DNA of 64,000 bases, from IMG/VR virus record IMGVR_UViG_3300024331_000070, positions 3,615 through 67,614 of that record; one strand, given 5' to 3'. The stretch's first letter is position 1. Every line of letters begins with the position of its first letter. Source of the stretch: a virus. Taxonomy: Duplodnaviria; Caudoviricetes. Both the position numbers and the translations under genes were made by a program. A model generated the notes under the pieces. The model had not been told where the DNA came from, searched no databases, and worked only from the letters and a program-made list of their open reading frames with translations. Positions 16,372-27,032 of this stretch are shown piece after piece.

Positions 16372-16758
16372 CTACTGAATCTTGTAGAAGACGACATTGA
16401 CGGTCGCCGTGCCGCTCTGTGAGATCACCACGACGTTCGAGAGCGGATTGACCGTGGCGTAGTAGGGCACGTTCGTTGCGACGGGGATTCCGACCGATGT
16501 CGTCGGGTTGGTCCCGTCATCCCGGATGCGGATGGCGTTCGATTCCGGAACGATGAAGGCGTAGAACGCGCCAGCGGGAATGCCGCCGCTGCAAGTCGAG
16601 ATCGAGACCGCGGTCGTTACCGAGAGTTGGCAATATCCGAGGCTGATGAGCGGGGACTGAAACGTCCAGGCCTTCATGGGAAGGGATTGCGCGAATGCCG
16701 CGCAGGTCATCCATAGCGCAGCGCCAATCGCGCCCGCGGCAGCGAGCCACTTTCGCAT
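16372..16758 (-). CDS. Small beta-rich virion-accessory protein with signal peptide
   Basis: MRKWLAAAGAIGAALWMTCAAFA-Q; IRIRDDGTNPTTSVG. Confidence 0.75.
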   Translation of the reverse strand: MRKWLAAAGAIGAALWMTCAAFAQSLPMKAWTFQSPLISLGYCQLSVTTAVSISTCSGGIPAGAFYAFIVPESNAIRIRDDGTNPTTSVGIPVATNVPYYATVNPLSNVVVISQSGTATVNVVFYKIQ

Positions 16759-16777
16759 TTTCATGACTCCGTATTGG

Positions 16778-17122
16778 TCAGAGGAGTTCGAGGACCGTGA
16801 GCGATCCGGTTCCACCAGACGCGATGCCATTCCATCCGCAGTTATAGGAAATATTCGTATTGGGATCGGAGACGAACGGCACTTGCCCCCCAGGCAGAAC
16901 AATGACGCCCTGGCCTGCAACGGCCGTCAGGTTCGAGGGGACGACGTAGAAGGTGATGTTCGTGGTCGGATTGACGAAGACGATCCCGCGCCGGTTCTGG
17001 TTTGCCCCGATGACCGCGACCGAGGCCGCGCCCACGCTCACGACGGAGGCAACGGGAGACGTGATCGGCACATTTATCCGCAACTGTGCGGTGGGGAGGG
17101 GTGCGTTGTAGGCGGTCATCAC
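16778..17122 (-). CDS. Small beta-rich virion-accessory protein
   Basis: 114 aa, ANQNRRGIVFVN motif; no signal peptide. Confidence 0.7.
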   Translation of the reverse strand: MMTAYNAPLPTAQLRINVPITSPVASVVSVGAASVAVIGANQNRRGIVFVNPTTNITFYVVPSNLTAVAGQGVIVLPGGQVPFVSDPNTNISYNCGWNGIASGGTGSLTVLELL

Positions 17123-17123
17123 G

Positions 17124-19064
17124 TCACCCCATGATTTCTGAGAGCTCGACGGTCGAACCGCTGTTGGCGCTCGGATAAGTCAGCGTCGCGCCACCAGCAA
17201 TCTTGCCCTGGAAATTGTAGGTGACCGCTGTAGTCACGCCAGGCGCATCCCAGGCGAGAATCGATGCGGGCACCGTCTGGCTCGCGCTGGTGCTGATGGG
17301 GTTTCCGATCAGCGTGCTCGACCTTGCGAATTGCAGGAATGCCAGCGCCGCTCCATTGGTCACGCTCCCATGAGAGAGCAGGCGGATGAGGTTGGGTGCA
17401 GACGTTGGCGTGATGGCACAGGTTTGACCACTAGAGAGGTCCGCAAACGTCGCGCTTGTGGTGGTGCCAGAGCTGGTGGTCGAACAGATCGGCGCGACCT
17501 GGACCACATCCCCAGGCTTGCGACATTGATTCGGAGACAGGCAGGACTGCAATGTCGTTGGCGCGCTCGCCCAGGTGCCGGCGGTAGCAAGTCCGGAGCC
17601 GTAATCGGCATAGCCGACGATGCGAATGGCGTCATTGCTGACAGCGGAGGCGGTATAGAGCGTCCCCGCAGATGTTGCCCCAGCGGTGATGCCGGTGCCG
17701 GCTTTCTGGATCGTCTCCCAGCCGGCGCAAGGATAGATAGCGCCCGTTGAAATCGAGCACGTCGCGACACCGAGAACAGGCGTCCCGGAATTGTAGGCGA
17801 CGAATATCCAGACACGGAACGGGACGTTGCTCGAGGAGGTCCCGAGGCTCGCCCCGGACGGGATGGTGATGGAGAGCCCGCCGGCCGGGATTGCCCATTT
17901 ACTCGCACCGGAGGTCAGCGTGGTGTCGCGGAACGACAGTTCGGGCGCATTGAGGACGATAGTGAGGGCGCTTGCACTTGCACTCGCCGACAACGACCCC
18001 TGCGAGGAATTGCAATCAAGCCACCACGTCCCGGTCGCGGAAGCGTTGGTGTAGACCCGGCACGTCGTCCCCTGCGGGATCGCGATACCGGTTCCAGATG
18101 CGACACCCTGGAAGTTGTCGGCCGCATCGGGTGTGACCGTGGCGACGCCGGCGAGGGCCTGCACCCAGAAGCCGAAGCCGTTGAAATAGGTGCTCGACGC
18201 CTTGCCCAGGGTATAGGTCAGGGGACCCGAGGCAATCCGCTGGGTGAGATGGAAATTACAGGTGACGGACTGGTTGGTGGAGTCCTGTGCCGTAGCCAGG
18301 ACGACCCGGGCATTGCCGGAGCCGTCGTCCCCCAGCGATGGGCCCCCACAGGATCCTGAATTGATGTTCTCCACCGCCATGGAGCCGAGGCCGAAGGCGG
18401 TGCGGCCGGCGGAGAGCGAGGCAGCCCCGACCACGGGGGTCATCGCAGAGGAGATGACGCCAATCGGCGCCGTGGTGCACGCGATGAGACTGTTGCCGGT
18501 GGAGTCGAAGCATACCCCCTGCCCTGCCGCGGCTGCGGCTGCAGGAAGCGGATCCGGCGGCGTCGAATTGGTGATGTTGGCGACGATCGCCCGCGATGAG
18601 CGCTCGTTGATCTGCTGGCCCTGCATGACCCCGGTGTCGAGGCCAGTTTCGGCCCCCTTGCCGAGGATCGCGATCGAGGCCTGGTTCTGGAGGGTGATTG
18701 CCTGGGTGAGGGGCAGCGTGCGGTAGATGGTGAGCGTCGACCCGGCGGGGATCGGTGTTCCCGAGGGATTGTAGGTGACGGTGCCACCGAGGCCCCACAG
18801 CGCGCCCTGGACGGGGGCGTTGAGCGATATCTGGTATTGAGTGGCGCCGGAACCTTGCGTCAGGACGGTCTCGTTGCCCGAGGAATCCGTGAGGATGACG
18901 GTGATATAGTTCGCCGCCACCCCGATGAAGTTGAAGGTGAAAGCGGTTTGCGAGCCGTTGCCGAGCGCGATAGTCTTGTTCGTGCTGCTGTTGACGGTCG
19001 AGTCCGCCGGCGTCGCCAGAACGAGCGCGACAACAGCAAGCAGCGTGCAGAGGAATCTGCGCAT
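17124..19064 (-). CDS. Tail fibre with T7 gp17-type N-terminal adaptor domain preceded by a signal peptide
   Basis: GNGSQTAFTFNF...GGTVTY...GSTLTIYRTLPLTQ...ETGLD; position directly after the largest ejection gene. Confidence 0.85.
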   Translation of the reverse strand: MRRFLCTLLAVVALVLATPADSTVNSSTNKTIALGNGSQTAFTFNFIGVAANYITVILTDSSGNETVLTQGSGATQYQISLNAPVQGALWGLGGTVTYNPSGTPIPAGSTLTIYRTLPLTQAITLQNQASIAILGKGAETGLDTGVMQGQQINERSSRAIVANITNSTPPDPLPAAAAAAGQGVCFDSTGNSLIACTTAPIGVISSAMTPVVGAASLSAGRTAFGLGSMAVENINSGSCGGPSLGDDGSGNARVVLATAQDSTNQSVTCNFHLTQRIASGPLTYTLGKASSTYFNGFGFWVQALAGVATVTPDAADNFQGVASGTGIAIPQGTTCRVYTNASATGTWWLDCNSSQGSLSASASASALTIVLNAPELSFRDTTLTSGASKWAIPAGGLSITIPSGASLGTSSSNVPFRVWIFVAYNSGTPVLGVATCSISTGAIYPCAGWETIQKAGTGITAGATSAGTLYTASAVSNDAIRIVGYADYGSGLATAGTWASAPTTLQSCLSPNQCRKPGDVVQVAPICSTTSSGTTTSATFADLSSGQTCAITPTSAPNLIRLLSHGSVTNGAALAFLQFARSSTLIGNPISTSASQTVPASILAWDAPGVTTAVTYNFQGKIAGGATLTYPSANSGSTVELSEIMG

Positions 19065-19089
19065 TGAGGCCTCTTTTCAGTGAAATCGA

Positions 19090-22000
19090 TCAGTGCGCGG
19101 GCGCGAGGCCCTTCTTGACCTTCTTCGCCTCGACGGCTTTGCGCTGGATGTCGTTCTCGCTGCCGTAGGCGTTCATCATCACGGTCTTCGCGGCCTGTTC
19201 GCGGGCCATGGTGATGAGTTTGTGCATGTGATCGGCGCGGGCGGCGGGAGCCATCTCATTGACGCCCGGCGTCTTCACGAAGTTGTCCAGCAGCATCTTG
19301 GCGGTGCGTCCGGCGATGCGCGCGAAGTCGTCGTGCTGCTGGTCGGTGAGTTCAACTCCGCGAATCTTGCGCGGGAACGGCGCCGACTTGAAGTGCAATT
19401 CGTCCATCATCCTCGCCACGGGATCGTTGGCGTAATTCTGCATCGCATTCGACGACGGGATCGGCTCGCCGAACTGATCGCGCCGCGGCATCAGGGATTG
19501 CGACCAGAACGGTATCTTGGCCTGTGCCTGCTTTTTGATTTCCTCGGAAAGCGAACTGGCGCGGGTCTCGCGCTGATAGGGATCGGCCAGCGGATTCGGA
19601 ACGAAACCGAACAGTGTCGGCGTATGGGTCACTTGGCCCAATCCAATCGAAAACGGCACCCAGTTCGTGACCATGTTGGCGACGTAGTTGTCGCCGTACT
19701 CCTCATGATGAAACACGGCGTCGATCATGTCCTTGACACCGCGCAGCCAGGTGTCGTCGAGCACCGATTTTTCGAACGCGGAAATCCAGGAGGCGACGAG
19801 ATTATGCTCCTTCTCGTTGCCCGGATCCGGAAATCCGTGCGTCGATTCGACGGCATTGGCAGCAATCGCCATCTGCATGCCGAGCATGCCGAGGCCTCGG
19901 TATGGAATCGTGACGTTGCCGATGGTGATGCTGTACGGGTTGTGCGTCAGGCGCCAGGCGCGCTGCTGCTGCGGATCGCTCGGGCCGGCGCCGGTCACGA
20001 GGCCTTCGGCGGCCATCTCTCCGACCATCCCCATCAACGCCGTGCTGGCGACAATGCTGGCCATCTGGGTATTGCGCGCCTCGACGCCGTTCTTGCCGGA
20101 TATATTGTCCCGCACCTTCTGCATGAAGAGGCCGGCTGGCGTGTTCTCGATCGCCGATGATGCGATCTGGGTGTCGATCTTGGTGAACGGCAGGATCAGC
20201 TTGGTGACGATATTATGGTTGGCGAACCGGCCGATCTTGGATTCGAGGCTCGCGTAGTCCGCGGGCGCCATGTAGAGGTCTTTGCGTGCCACCTTTACGG
20301 CAGCGTCCATCATCTCCGGCGTCGGCCGGTTGCCGAGATCGGCGACCCGGTTGACGAAATCGGTCCCACTCAGCCCCTCGCGCATCGCCTGCCGGTAGGC
20401 GAGTTTTGCGATTTCCTGTTCGTAGCGCACTGCGCTCGAAAACCCGTGAATGGCCCCGACTGCTTTTCCTGGATAGCCGATCACCTGGCCGATCTTGCCC
20501 GGGATGGGCGGAACGACGGGCTGGGACTCGAACAGGCTGGGCGGTTGCTCGCCGGGAAGATGCGGCGTGTTGCCGGTGCGCCAGCCCTCCCCGGCCGCCT
20601 TCCATCCCTCGCGCGACCCCTTGGCGAGCGCATAGATTTCCGCCCCAGCCTCTCCGAAGAAGATGCGACGCTCGTCCTGCAGTCGCGCCAGGGTAGCCGC
20701 AGTATCGATGCCGGCGGCAACCAGCGTCTTGGTAGGAGCCCACAGCGCCGTCAGGACATTGCCGACAAAGTACCTCGTATGCGTGACTGGCCCGGAGATC
20801 AGTGAGTTGACGTAGTAGTAAAGGACCGCCTGCTTGATCTTGCCGTTCGCCGTGTCGTGCACTAACTGCGAAATCTGCCGCGGCGATGTCAGGTTCGAGC
20901 CAAACCGCGCCATGTCCTGCAATTGAAACAGCGTCCGCCCGGTGTTGGCCTTGAGCCAGTCATTGAGCGTCGCCGCCACGTCGCTGCCGGGAATCTCCTC
21001 TCGAAAGGCCCTCAAAGCCCGACCGGCCTCCGCCGTCGCCTGGGACACCTTCCCCTGGATCATCTCGTGGCGGGCGATGGCTTCGGCGAGTTTAACGGTC
21101 GCGTCGATATCGCCGTCCTTGGCGGCGATCATCGCATCGCGGACGGTCGTGGCAGACTGGACGAGCAGCCTTCTGGCGGCCCGGATTTCCTCTACGTTGA
21201 ACGCTTCCCCGATCTTCTTGCGATCGAGCCATGCCGGGTCCATGCCCAAAGCATCGGCAAGCTCGATGGTCTGGCCATCGGAGAGAACGCCGCGGCGCTC
21301 TTCGAGGAAGTCGTTATTGTTGCGTGCGGCGGTCCGGATGACCGCATCCACGTCTTCGGGCTGGTTGAGCTTGTCGAGCCGGATGTTGCCGGCTTTGTCG
21401 ATCAGCGGGGTTCCGGGGTTTCGGAATCTGAGGTTTGCGCCGGCGGGGACTTCTCCTGCGCCCGCTGATGTTCCAGCGCCTTCACCCGCAGCTTGATTTC
21501 CGCCCGGCAGGACTGCTCCAGCTTGTGGATCAGGTCCACTTTCTCCGCCGACTGGCCGGGGCGCATTGCCATCACGATCAGGTTGCGGAGCTCCTGCCTC
21601 GCGCCGTCGAGTTTCATCTGCAACGTCTTTAAGTCTGGCATTCTCTTCATCTACCAGATTTGAGGCCGCTGCGCTATCTCGTTCGGCTTGGATATCTTCC
21701 GCCACGGGATGGGCGCGCTCGTGTGGAGTAGCTTCCGCGCGGGCCGCGTGCTCTTCGGCAAAGCCGGGGATGGTTTCCCGCTCCGGAGCGATCACTGTCC
21801 GTTCCGGCTCCGTGGCCAGCATCCGGTCGAATACGGCCCGGATGTCATCATTGATAGGCGACTTGAGCGCGAGAACGGTCTTGTAGATGCTGGTCAGCCA
21901 CGCCTTGAACTGGGCGAAGACGCGGGCCAGGGCCTTCGAGGGCGCGACGCCTTCCATGAGGTAGGTCTCAAACCCGCGGGCGAACTTCTCATGGGCGGCG

Positions 22001-24576
22001 CGAGCCTTCTTGCCGCGTTCTCCCGGCCATCCGGTGTTGAGGTCTTCGTGGCTTTCGATGCCGAGCCAATCGCGGACGGTCTTGGCGTCGGCTTTCACGT
22101 CTTCGGGCGCGGCCTCATGGGCGGCGTCGCGCATCATCTGTTCGAGGAAATCGTGCCCCGATTCGTGCAGGAAGGTCGAGGCGTTGGCGTCCTTGGCGAG
22201 CTTGAGGAGTCCGGGCTTGCCTTCGCCGCGGGGGAGGAAAGAGCCGAGGGCGTGCTGGAAAAGCTCGCTCGGCTCCTCGCCCGCAAGATACGCCCCGCGC
22301 TCCGGCTCGCCCTGCTCCTCGAACCATTCATTGGCCTTCTTCGCGCCCGGAAACTTGCGCTTGTTCCCCGTGAGGTACTTTTCCTCGAAAGCCTTCTCGA
22401 ATTCCGGTTGGCTGCCGAACTTGTAGTCCTCCGGGTTGATCTGCTTGGTGAAGTCGCGCGTCTTGTTCCATGCGCGCACTTCTTTCACCCAGGTTGCGTT
22501 TGGAACGTCGTTATAGTCGAGATCGGGGCCATGCTGGGTCCACTCGTTGCGCAGGACGGCTTCCTGCATGTCCTTTGTGGATACGATGCGCGGACCGTTG
22601 GCTTGGAACAACTCCCTCTGCTTCGCCTCATCCGAGAATAGCCCGATGTCCATCGGCTTCTGCGCAACACCCGGCTTCATCGGTTCGGCCGCACGCCGCT
22701 TCGCAAGATCGGATTCGCTGATGCGCTCGGTGCCGGGGAGGTTGGTCTGGCCTTCGCCTTCGCGTTCGGTGAATAGGTTGGGGCCGGGCGGGGCGGGGCG
22801 GCGCTGGAAAAACTCGCCCGACGCCATGAACGCCAGATCGTCCTTCGTCAGCAGTGAGCCGTCGGCCTGTTCGACGCCGGCCTCGGTCTGCGCTTCGTGC
22901 CACGCCTTTTCGAGGTCGGCGCGGTCCTCTTTCGACATGCTGCGGTATTGCTCGGCGGCCGAAACGAACTTGGGGGCTGAGGCGCCCTCGTTGCGGCGCG
23001 CGGCGGCGGCTTCCTTGCCTGCGGCCATGCGCTGCTGGAAATCATCGAGGGCGCGGGCCATCGTCGCCGGATTGGCGGCCCGCGCCACCTTGCGCCGTAT
23101 CTCCATGGCGCGGATTTCCGCACCCTCGCGGCGGTACAGTTCCTCCGGCGTCCCGAGCGCGCCCTTCATGCGCTCGGCCCGGGCGATGTAGCGGGCGGCG
23201 GTCAATTGGGCGGCGGCGGCGGCTTCCTCGGGCGGGCGCCCGGCGCGGACAAGCTGGGCACCGACATCGTGCGCAATGGTGGCGCGCTGGTCTTCGATCG
23301 ACTTGGAGGCTACCCCTTCCGCGGCACGTTCGGATGCAACTTGTGCCGCGCCAGGTTCAGCTTCTCTGGCTGGCGCGGCTTCTCCGGCCGGTGGTGCGGC
23401 TTCGGCCGGTGCCGTCCCGGCCACTTCGCTTGCGTTTGCGGGTTGGGTGGGTTGTTCGGCTGGTCCGCCATTGGCTTCCTCTGCCTTGCGGTAGGCGTCC
23501 TTGACGCTCGCGGACATCTCGACGAGCCGCGCTTCGGTCTCTTTCAGGTTGATGGCGGCGTTGGCGGGAATGGATTCTCCGCTCTCGAACGCCCTTCGCA
23601 GGATATCGCGGCGCTTGGTGAGCGCGTCGTATTCCTCGAACAGCTTGGGTTCGATCGCTCGGGCGGCGGCGTGCAAGTCGGGAGCGGCTGCCTGCGCCGC
23701 CTCGGGTATCGGAGGCATCCCCGGAACATCGTGCTCGACCGGGACAAGCCCCTTCCATCCGGCCTCGCCCTCCGGGCCGATGACGCCGAGGTCGCGGGCT
23801 TCGGCGAGAGGCGGGGGCACGAAGCCTTCAAGAATGCGCCGATTCCTCGCAGCCTCCTCTCTTGACAAGAACCGGACCGAGATGGGGCCGCCCTCTGCCT
23901 TCGATGCCCTGGCGCTGGCTACTTTGGCGGTTTCAACCGCCGTGCGCTCAGCCATCAATCCCTTCCCGTATGTTTTGGCACTTGGGACATAGGGCCTGAA
24001 ATTGAAGTCCGGGATGGCCTGCGGCACCGACGCGATTTCGCGGGCTAGTTGACTCGGCTTTCCGAGCCCGACCGCCTCCATGCCCTTTTCGAGGGCCGTA
24101 CCTTTGGTCTGCTCTCCCGCCTCAACGACGGCTTCCTGCGCCCCATGGAACAGCGCCGGGATTCCGTACATCGCGGTATTGACCGCAACCGCCCCTGACC
24201 GCAGCAGTGTCTCCGCATTAGCCTTCAAAAGGCTGTGCTGGCCCGCCACGTAATCGTTGAAGACGCCCTTCTTGCGAAGATGGTCCTTGGTTTCGTCCGA
24301 CATGCCCCATTTGCTGGCGTCTTCGTAAACCGAGGCTCCAAAGGCATGCATGATGCGGGCGAGCGAGGAATGCTTGGTGTCTCCGAATATCCAGTCTCCG
24401 ACCGGACCCGGCGCGATGGCTCCGGTCAGCGGGCGCTTCGGAGGCGTTTCGGGAAACGGTTCGTGCTGGTCCTCGGGAAACGGGTCGTGCTGTTCCGGCT
24501 GAGCGCCGCCCATCGATGCCGGCATGGCCGGCACTGGCATAAGAGCGCCGTTGTCCTCGAACGCGCGGTCGGTCAT
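19090..24576 (-). CDS. Large internal virion (ejection) protein, T7 gp16 position
   Basis: 1828 aa, helical; ANASTFLHESGH motif; synteny. Confidence 0.8.
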   Translation of the reverse strand: MTDRAFEDNGALMPVPAMPASMGGAQPEQHDPFPEDQHEPFPETPPKRPLTGAIAPGPVGDWIFGDTKHSSLARIMHAFGASVYEDASKWGMSDETKDHLRKKGVFNDYVAGQHSLLKANAETLLRSGAVAVNTAMYGIPALFHGAQEAVVEAGEQTKGTALEKGMEAVGLGKPSQLAREIASVPQAIPDFNFRPYVPSAKTYGKGLMAERTAVETAKVASARASKAEGGPISVRFLSREEAARNRRILEGFVPPPLAEARDLGVIGPEGEAGWKGLVPVEHDVPGMPPIPEAAQAAAPDLHAAARAIEPKLFEEYDALTKRRDILRRAFESGESIPANAAINLKETEARLVEMSASVKDAYRKAEEANGGPAEQPTQPANASEVAGTAPAEAAPPAGEAAPAREAEPGAAQVASERAAEGVASKSIEDQRATIAHDVGAQLVRAGRPPEEAAAAAQLTAARYIARAERMKGALGTPEELYRREGAEIRAMEIRRKVARAANPATMARALDDFQQRMAAGKEAAAARRNEGASAPKFVSAAEQYRSMSKEDRADLEKAWHEAQTEAGVEQADGSLLTKDDLAFMASGEFFQRRPAPPGPNLFTEREGEGQTNLPGTERISESDLAKRRAAEPMKPGVAQKPMDIGLFSDEAKQRELFQANGPRIVSTKDMQEAVLRNEWTQHGPDLDYNDVPNATWVKEVRAWNKTRDFTKQINPEDYKFGSQPEFEKAFEEKYLTGNKRKFPGAKKANEWFEEQGEPERGAYLAGEEPSELFQHALGSFLPRGEGKPGLLKLAKDANASTFLHESGHDFLEQMMRDAAHEAAPEDVKADAKTVRDWLGIESHEDLNTGWPGERGKKARAAHEKFARGFETYLMEGVAPSKALARVFAQFKAWLTSIYKTVLALKSPINDDIRAVFDRMLATEPERTVIAPERETIPGFAEEHAARAEATPHERAHPVAEDIQAERDSAAASNLVDEENARLKDVADETRRREAGAPQPDRDGNAPRPVGGESGPDPQAGAVLPGGNQAAGEGAGTSAGAGEVPAGANLRFRNPGTPLIDKAGNIRLDKLNQPEDVDAVIRTAARNNNDFLEERRGVLSDGQTIELADALGMDPAWLDRKKIGEAFNVEEIRAARRLLVQSATTVRDAMIAAKDGDIDATVKLAEAIARHEMIQGKVSQATAEAGRALRAFREEIPGSDVAATLNDWLKANTGRTLFQLQDMARFGSNLTSPRQISQLVHDTANGKIKQAVLYYYVNSLISGPVTHTRYFVGNVLTALWAPTKTLVAAGIDTAATLARLQDERRIFFGEAGAEIYALAKGSREGWKAAGEGWRTGNTPHLPGEQPPSLFESQPVVPPIPGKIGQVIGYPGKAVGAIHGFSSAVRYEQEIAKLAYRQAMREGLSGTDFVNRVADLGNRPTPEMMDAAVKVARKDLYMAPADYASLESKIGRFANHNIVTKLILPFTKIDTQIASSAIENTPAGLFMQKVRDNISGKNGVEARNTQMASIVASTALMGMVGEMAAEGLVTGAGPSDPQQQRAWRLTHNPYSITIGNVTIPYRGLGMLGMQMAIAANAVESTHGFPDPGNEKEHNLVASWISAFEKSVLDDTWLRGVKDMIDAVFHHEEYGDNYVANMVTNWVPFSIGLGQVTHTPTLFGFVPNPLADPYQRETRASSLSEEIKKQAQAKIPFWSQSLMPRRDQFGEPIPSSNAMQNYANDPVARMMDELHFKSAPFPRKIRGVELTDQQHDDFARIAGRTAKMLLDNFVKTPGVNEMAPAARADHMHKLITMAREQAAKTVMMNAYGSENDIQRKAVEAKKVKKGLAPAH

Positions 24577-27032
24577 TGCGAGACCGGAACCTGCGGGCCT
24601 GCCGCGGGTGCAGCCGTGATCCAGCCGCGCTCACGCCCGATCCGGTTTGCCTCGGCGCCGGTGATCTTGCCGGCATCAACCGCGGCCTTGAGGTCCGCAT
24701 AGGCCCCGATCTTGCTGGCATCGAACGGCGGCGCCGGCGGCGCGGAACTGAAGACATGGCCGATGGCGCTCGCCACGCTTGAGAAGAACCCCGGTGGCTG
24801 GTCCTGCACCTTGTCGGCGAATGCCTGCGCGGGCGTCGGTTTGAACCGATCGATCAACTTGCCGATGTAGTCCGGGCTCTCGGGATTGAGCAATTGCTGC
24901 GGCGTCTTTCCGGCCTTCTTGCCTTCGTCGTAAGCAGCGAAGGCTGCCGCCTGGAACTTGAGATACCGATCCTGGCCCTTTGGATCGGGTATTTTCAGTT
25001 CCTCATTTTCAAAAGTGATTTGCGGCTTGGCGACGTGCTCGAAGAATTGCTTCTTCATCTGCGCTTCGGCGTCACCCTCTGGCGTGCCCCTCTCCTGGAT
25101 CATCTTCACCGCACGCTCGTAGCCCGGAAGCGTCAACTGCTTTCCGACCAGGGGCACGAGCTTGTTCGGATCGGTGATCCGTCCGGGATCTCCGGGATCG
25201 GCGTGGATGGCGCGGAACACTTCCAGGAAGCCGGGGCCGAGTGTCTTGTCCATGCCGCGGCCTTGGGCGGCAGTGTTCAACTGCGAAATCATGCGCTCGA
25301 TGCCTTGCGGCGTCAGCGCCTTGTTGTTCACGATATCCATCTGGGTCACAGTCGGATGATCGCTCCAGATGTTGCGCAGGATGGCGTCTTCTGCACCGTC
25401 GTTCGCCTGCTTCCTGGCTTGCTCCTCCAGCTTACGGGCGCGCTCCTCATCAGCCGCCTGCCCGTGCTCGACCTCGTACATCTTGGTCGCATGCGCAAAG
25501 GCTTCCTGCTGCGCCTGGGGATGGTCGATCAGGTAGGGGTCGTCCCTGATCTGGGCCATGACCTTGGCCTTGTCGGGAAGCTGGTCGGCCTGGATGGCAG
25601 CCACGGCCGCGCCGCGATTGAGGGGCACGACATTATTGCCGCCGACGCTTGCCGGCACCACGTCATTCGCTGCGGGCGCGCCACCGCTGTAGAAGCGCTC
25701 GGTCCATAGCCGCACGAAATCCCCGCCGGTCACTGTGTTCACGCCACCGGGGAACTGCGCCTTCATTGCCGGTGTCATGTTGCCCCAGATGGCGCGCCTG
25801 GCCCAATCGTCGCCCTTCTGGCGGCCCTCCCCGGTCGCGGCCATGTTCTCCCAGGCCGGACGGTCGGGGTGGCCGAGCTGCATCACGGCACCGCCCAAGC
25901 CCTGCTGGTGGGCGAGGTAGTATTCCGACCCGCGGGGCTCACGTCCGAGCACACGGAACAACTGGTCCCGGTTCTCTTCGTTCTCCTTGCCGAGTGCCCG
26001 GGTCTGCGCACCGACATCGGTGCGGTTGGCGTCGGTGATGCCGTATTTGGCCTCCTCGCGGGGACCGAACTGCCCGAGGCCCCTATTCGATCCTGTGACC
26101 GCATTCGGGTTGTTGTTGGACTCGATCTGGAATACCCGCGAGGAATACCCAGGAGGGAGCCCATAGGGCCGCTCCAAGTAGGTATCGGCGATGCGCCGCC
26201 CATCGAACTTGCTTGCGGGAACCCGGAGGAACCGGTCCACCTGGACGCGGCTCGCCGCATCCATCTTGTCCTCCTGGGAATGGTAGAAGTCGATCGCGCG
26301 TTTTACGCTCGCTGGCGTTCCGTCCGACACCATGCTCTCGACGATGTGCTGTACGTTCTTGCCGCGGTTCTCGGCGATCTTCTGGTCGAACGCAGGACCG
26401 GAGAGACCTTCGCGCGTCCAGTGATTGCGGGATTCCTGGTCGGACTGGAACAGGTTGGTGGAGACGTTGTAGTCACGCGCGAGATTTGGCTCGGTGCTCC
26501 GGCTGGCGAACAGCGCCGCCGTGCTGCCGTAGCTCTCGGCGCCCTCTTTCGCCGTGGTCCGTTCCCATGCGTCACTTTGAGTCGCGGCATGGTGCGACCC
26601 GAGCGCATAGAAGCGATCCATCTGCGACCGCGTCTCGCGATCAAGCAGGCTTTGCTCATAAGGATTGCGGGTCTGGCCGCGGGTCTCTTCATAGAGAGAG
26701 TTGAGATCGTTTTTGTATTTCTGAAGACCGTTCTTGGCGTCGAGCCCCTTGGTCTCCAGATAGGATTCGGTCAGGTCCCCGGCTTGATTATTGAAATGAG
26801 TGTTCTGCTGGGCGACGTTGGTCTGGCTGTCCAGGCGCTCTTTTGAGAATTCCGCCTGGAACGCAACATCCCCCGCGTGCTCGACATCCTTCCCGAAGCC
26901 CTCGACTGCCTGTGCGACCCGTCCGCCGAATGCCCCCGGCCGCGCATCGACGCGCAGGAAGTCGTTCCCCGGCGCTCCCCGAGGGGCGACGGTCGGATAG
27001 GGCTCGTAATCGAATGCGTATCCCGGCATCAC
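24573..27032 (-). CDS. Internal virion protein with lytic transglycosylase-like domain
   Basis: FQIESNNNPNA...RGLGQF...YYLAHQQGLGGA. Confidence 0.8.
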   Translation of the reverse strand: MMPGYAFDYEPYPTVAPRGAPGNDFLRVDARPGAFGGRVAQAVEGFGKDVEHAGDVAFQAEFSKERLDSQTNVAQQNTHFNNQAGDLTESYLETKGLDAKNGLQKYKNDLNSLYEETRGQTRNPYEQSLLDRETRSQMDRFYALGSHHAATQSDAWERTTAKEGAESYGSTAALFASRSTEPNLARDYNVSTNLFQSDQESRNHWTREGLSGPAFDQKIAENRGKNVQHIVESMVSDGTPASVKRAIDFYHSQEDKMDAASRVQVDRFLRVPASKFDGRRIADTYLERPYGLPPGYSSRVFQIESNNNPNAVTGSNRGLGQFGPREEAKYGITDANRTDVGAQTRALGKENEENRDQLFRVLGREPRGSEYYLAHQQGLGGAVMQLGHPDRPAWENMAATGEGRQKGDDWARRAIWGNMTPAMKAQFPGGVNTVTGGDFVRLWTERFYSGGAPAANDVVPASVGGNNVVPLNRGAAVAAIQADQLPDKAKVMAQIRDDPYLIDHPQAQQEAFAHATKMYEVEHGQAADEERARKLEEQARKQANDGAEDAILRNIWSDHPTVTQMDIVNNKALTPQGIERMISQLNTAAQGRGMDKTLGPGFLEVFRAIHADPGDPGRITDPNKLVPLVGKQLTLPGYERAVKMIQERGTPEGDAEAQMKKQFFEHVAKPQITFENEELKIPDPKGQDRYLKFQAAAFAAYDEGKKAGKTPQQLLNPESPDYIGKLIDRFKPTPAQAFADKVQDQPPGFFSSVASAIGHVFSSAPPAPPFDASKIGAYADLKAAVDAGKITGAEANRIGRERGWITAAPAAGPQVPVSQ

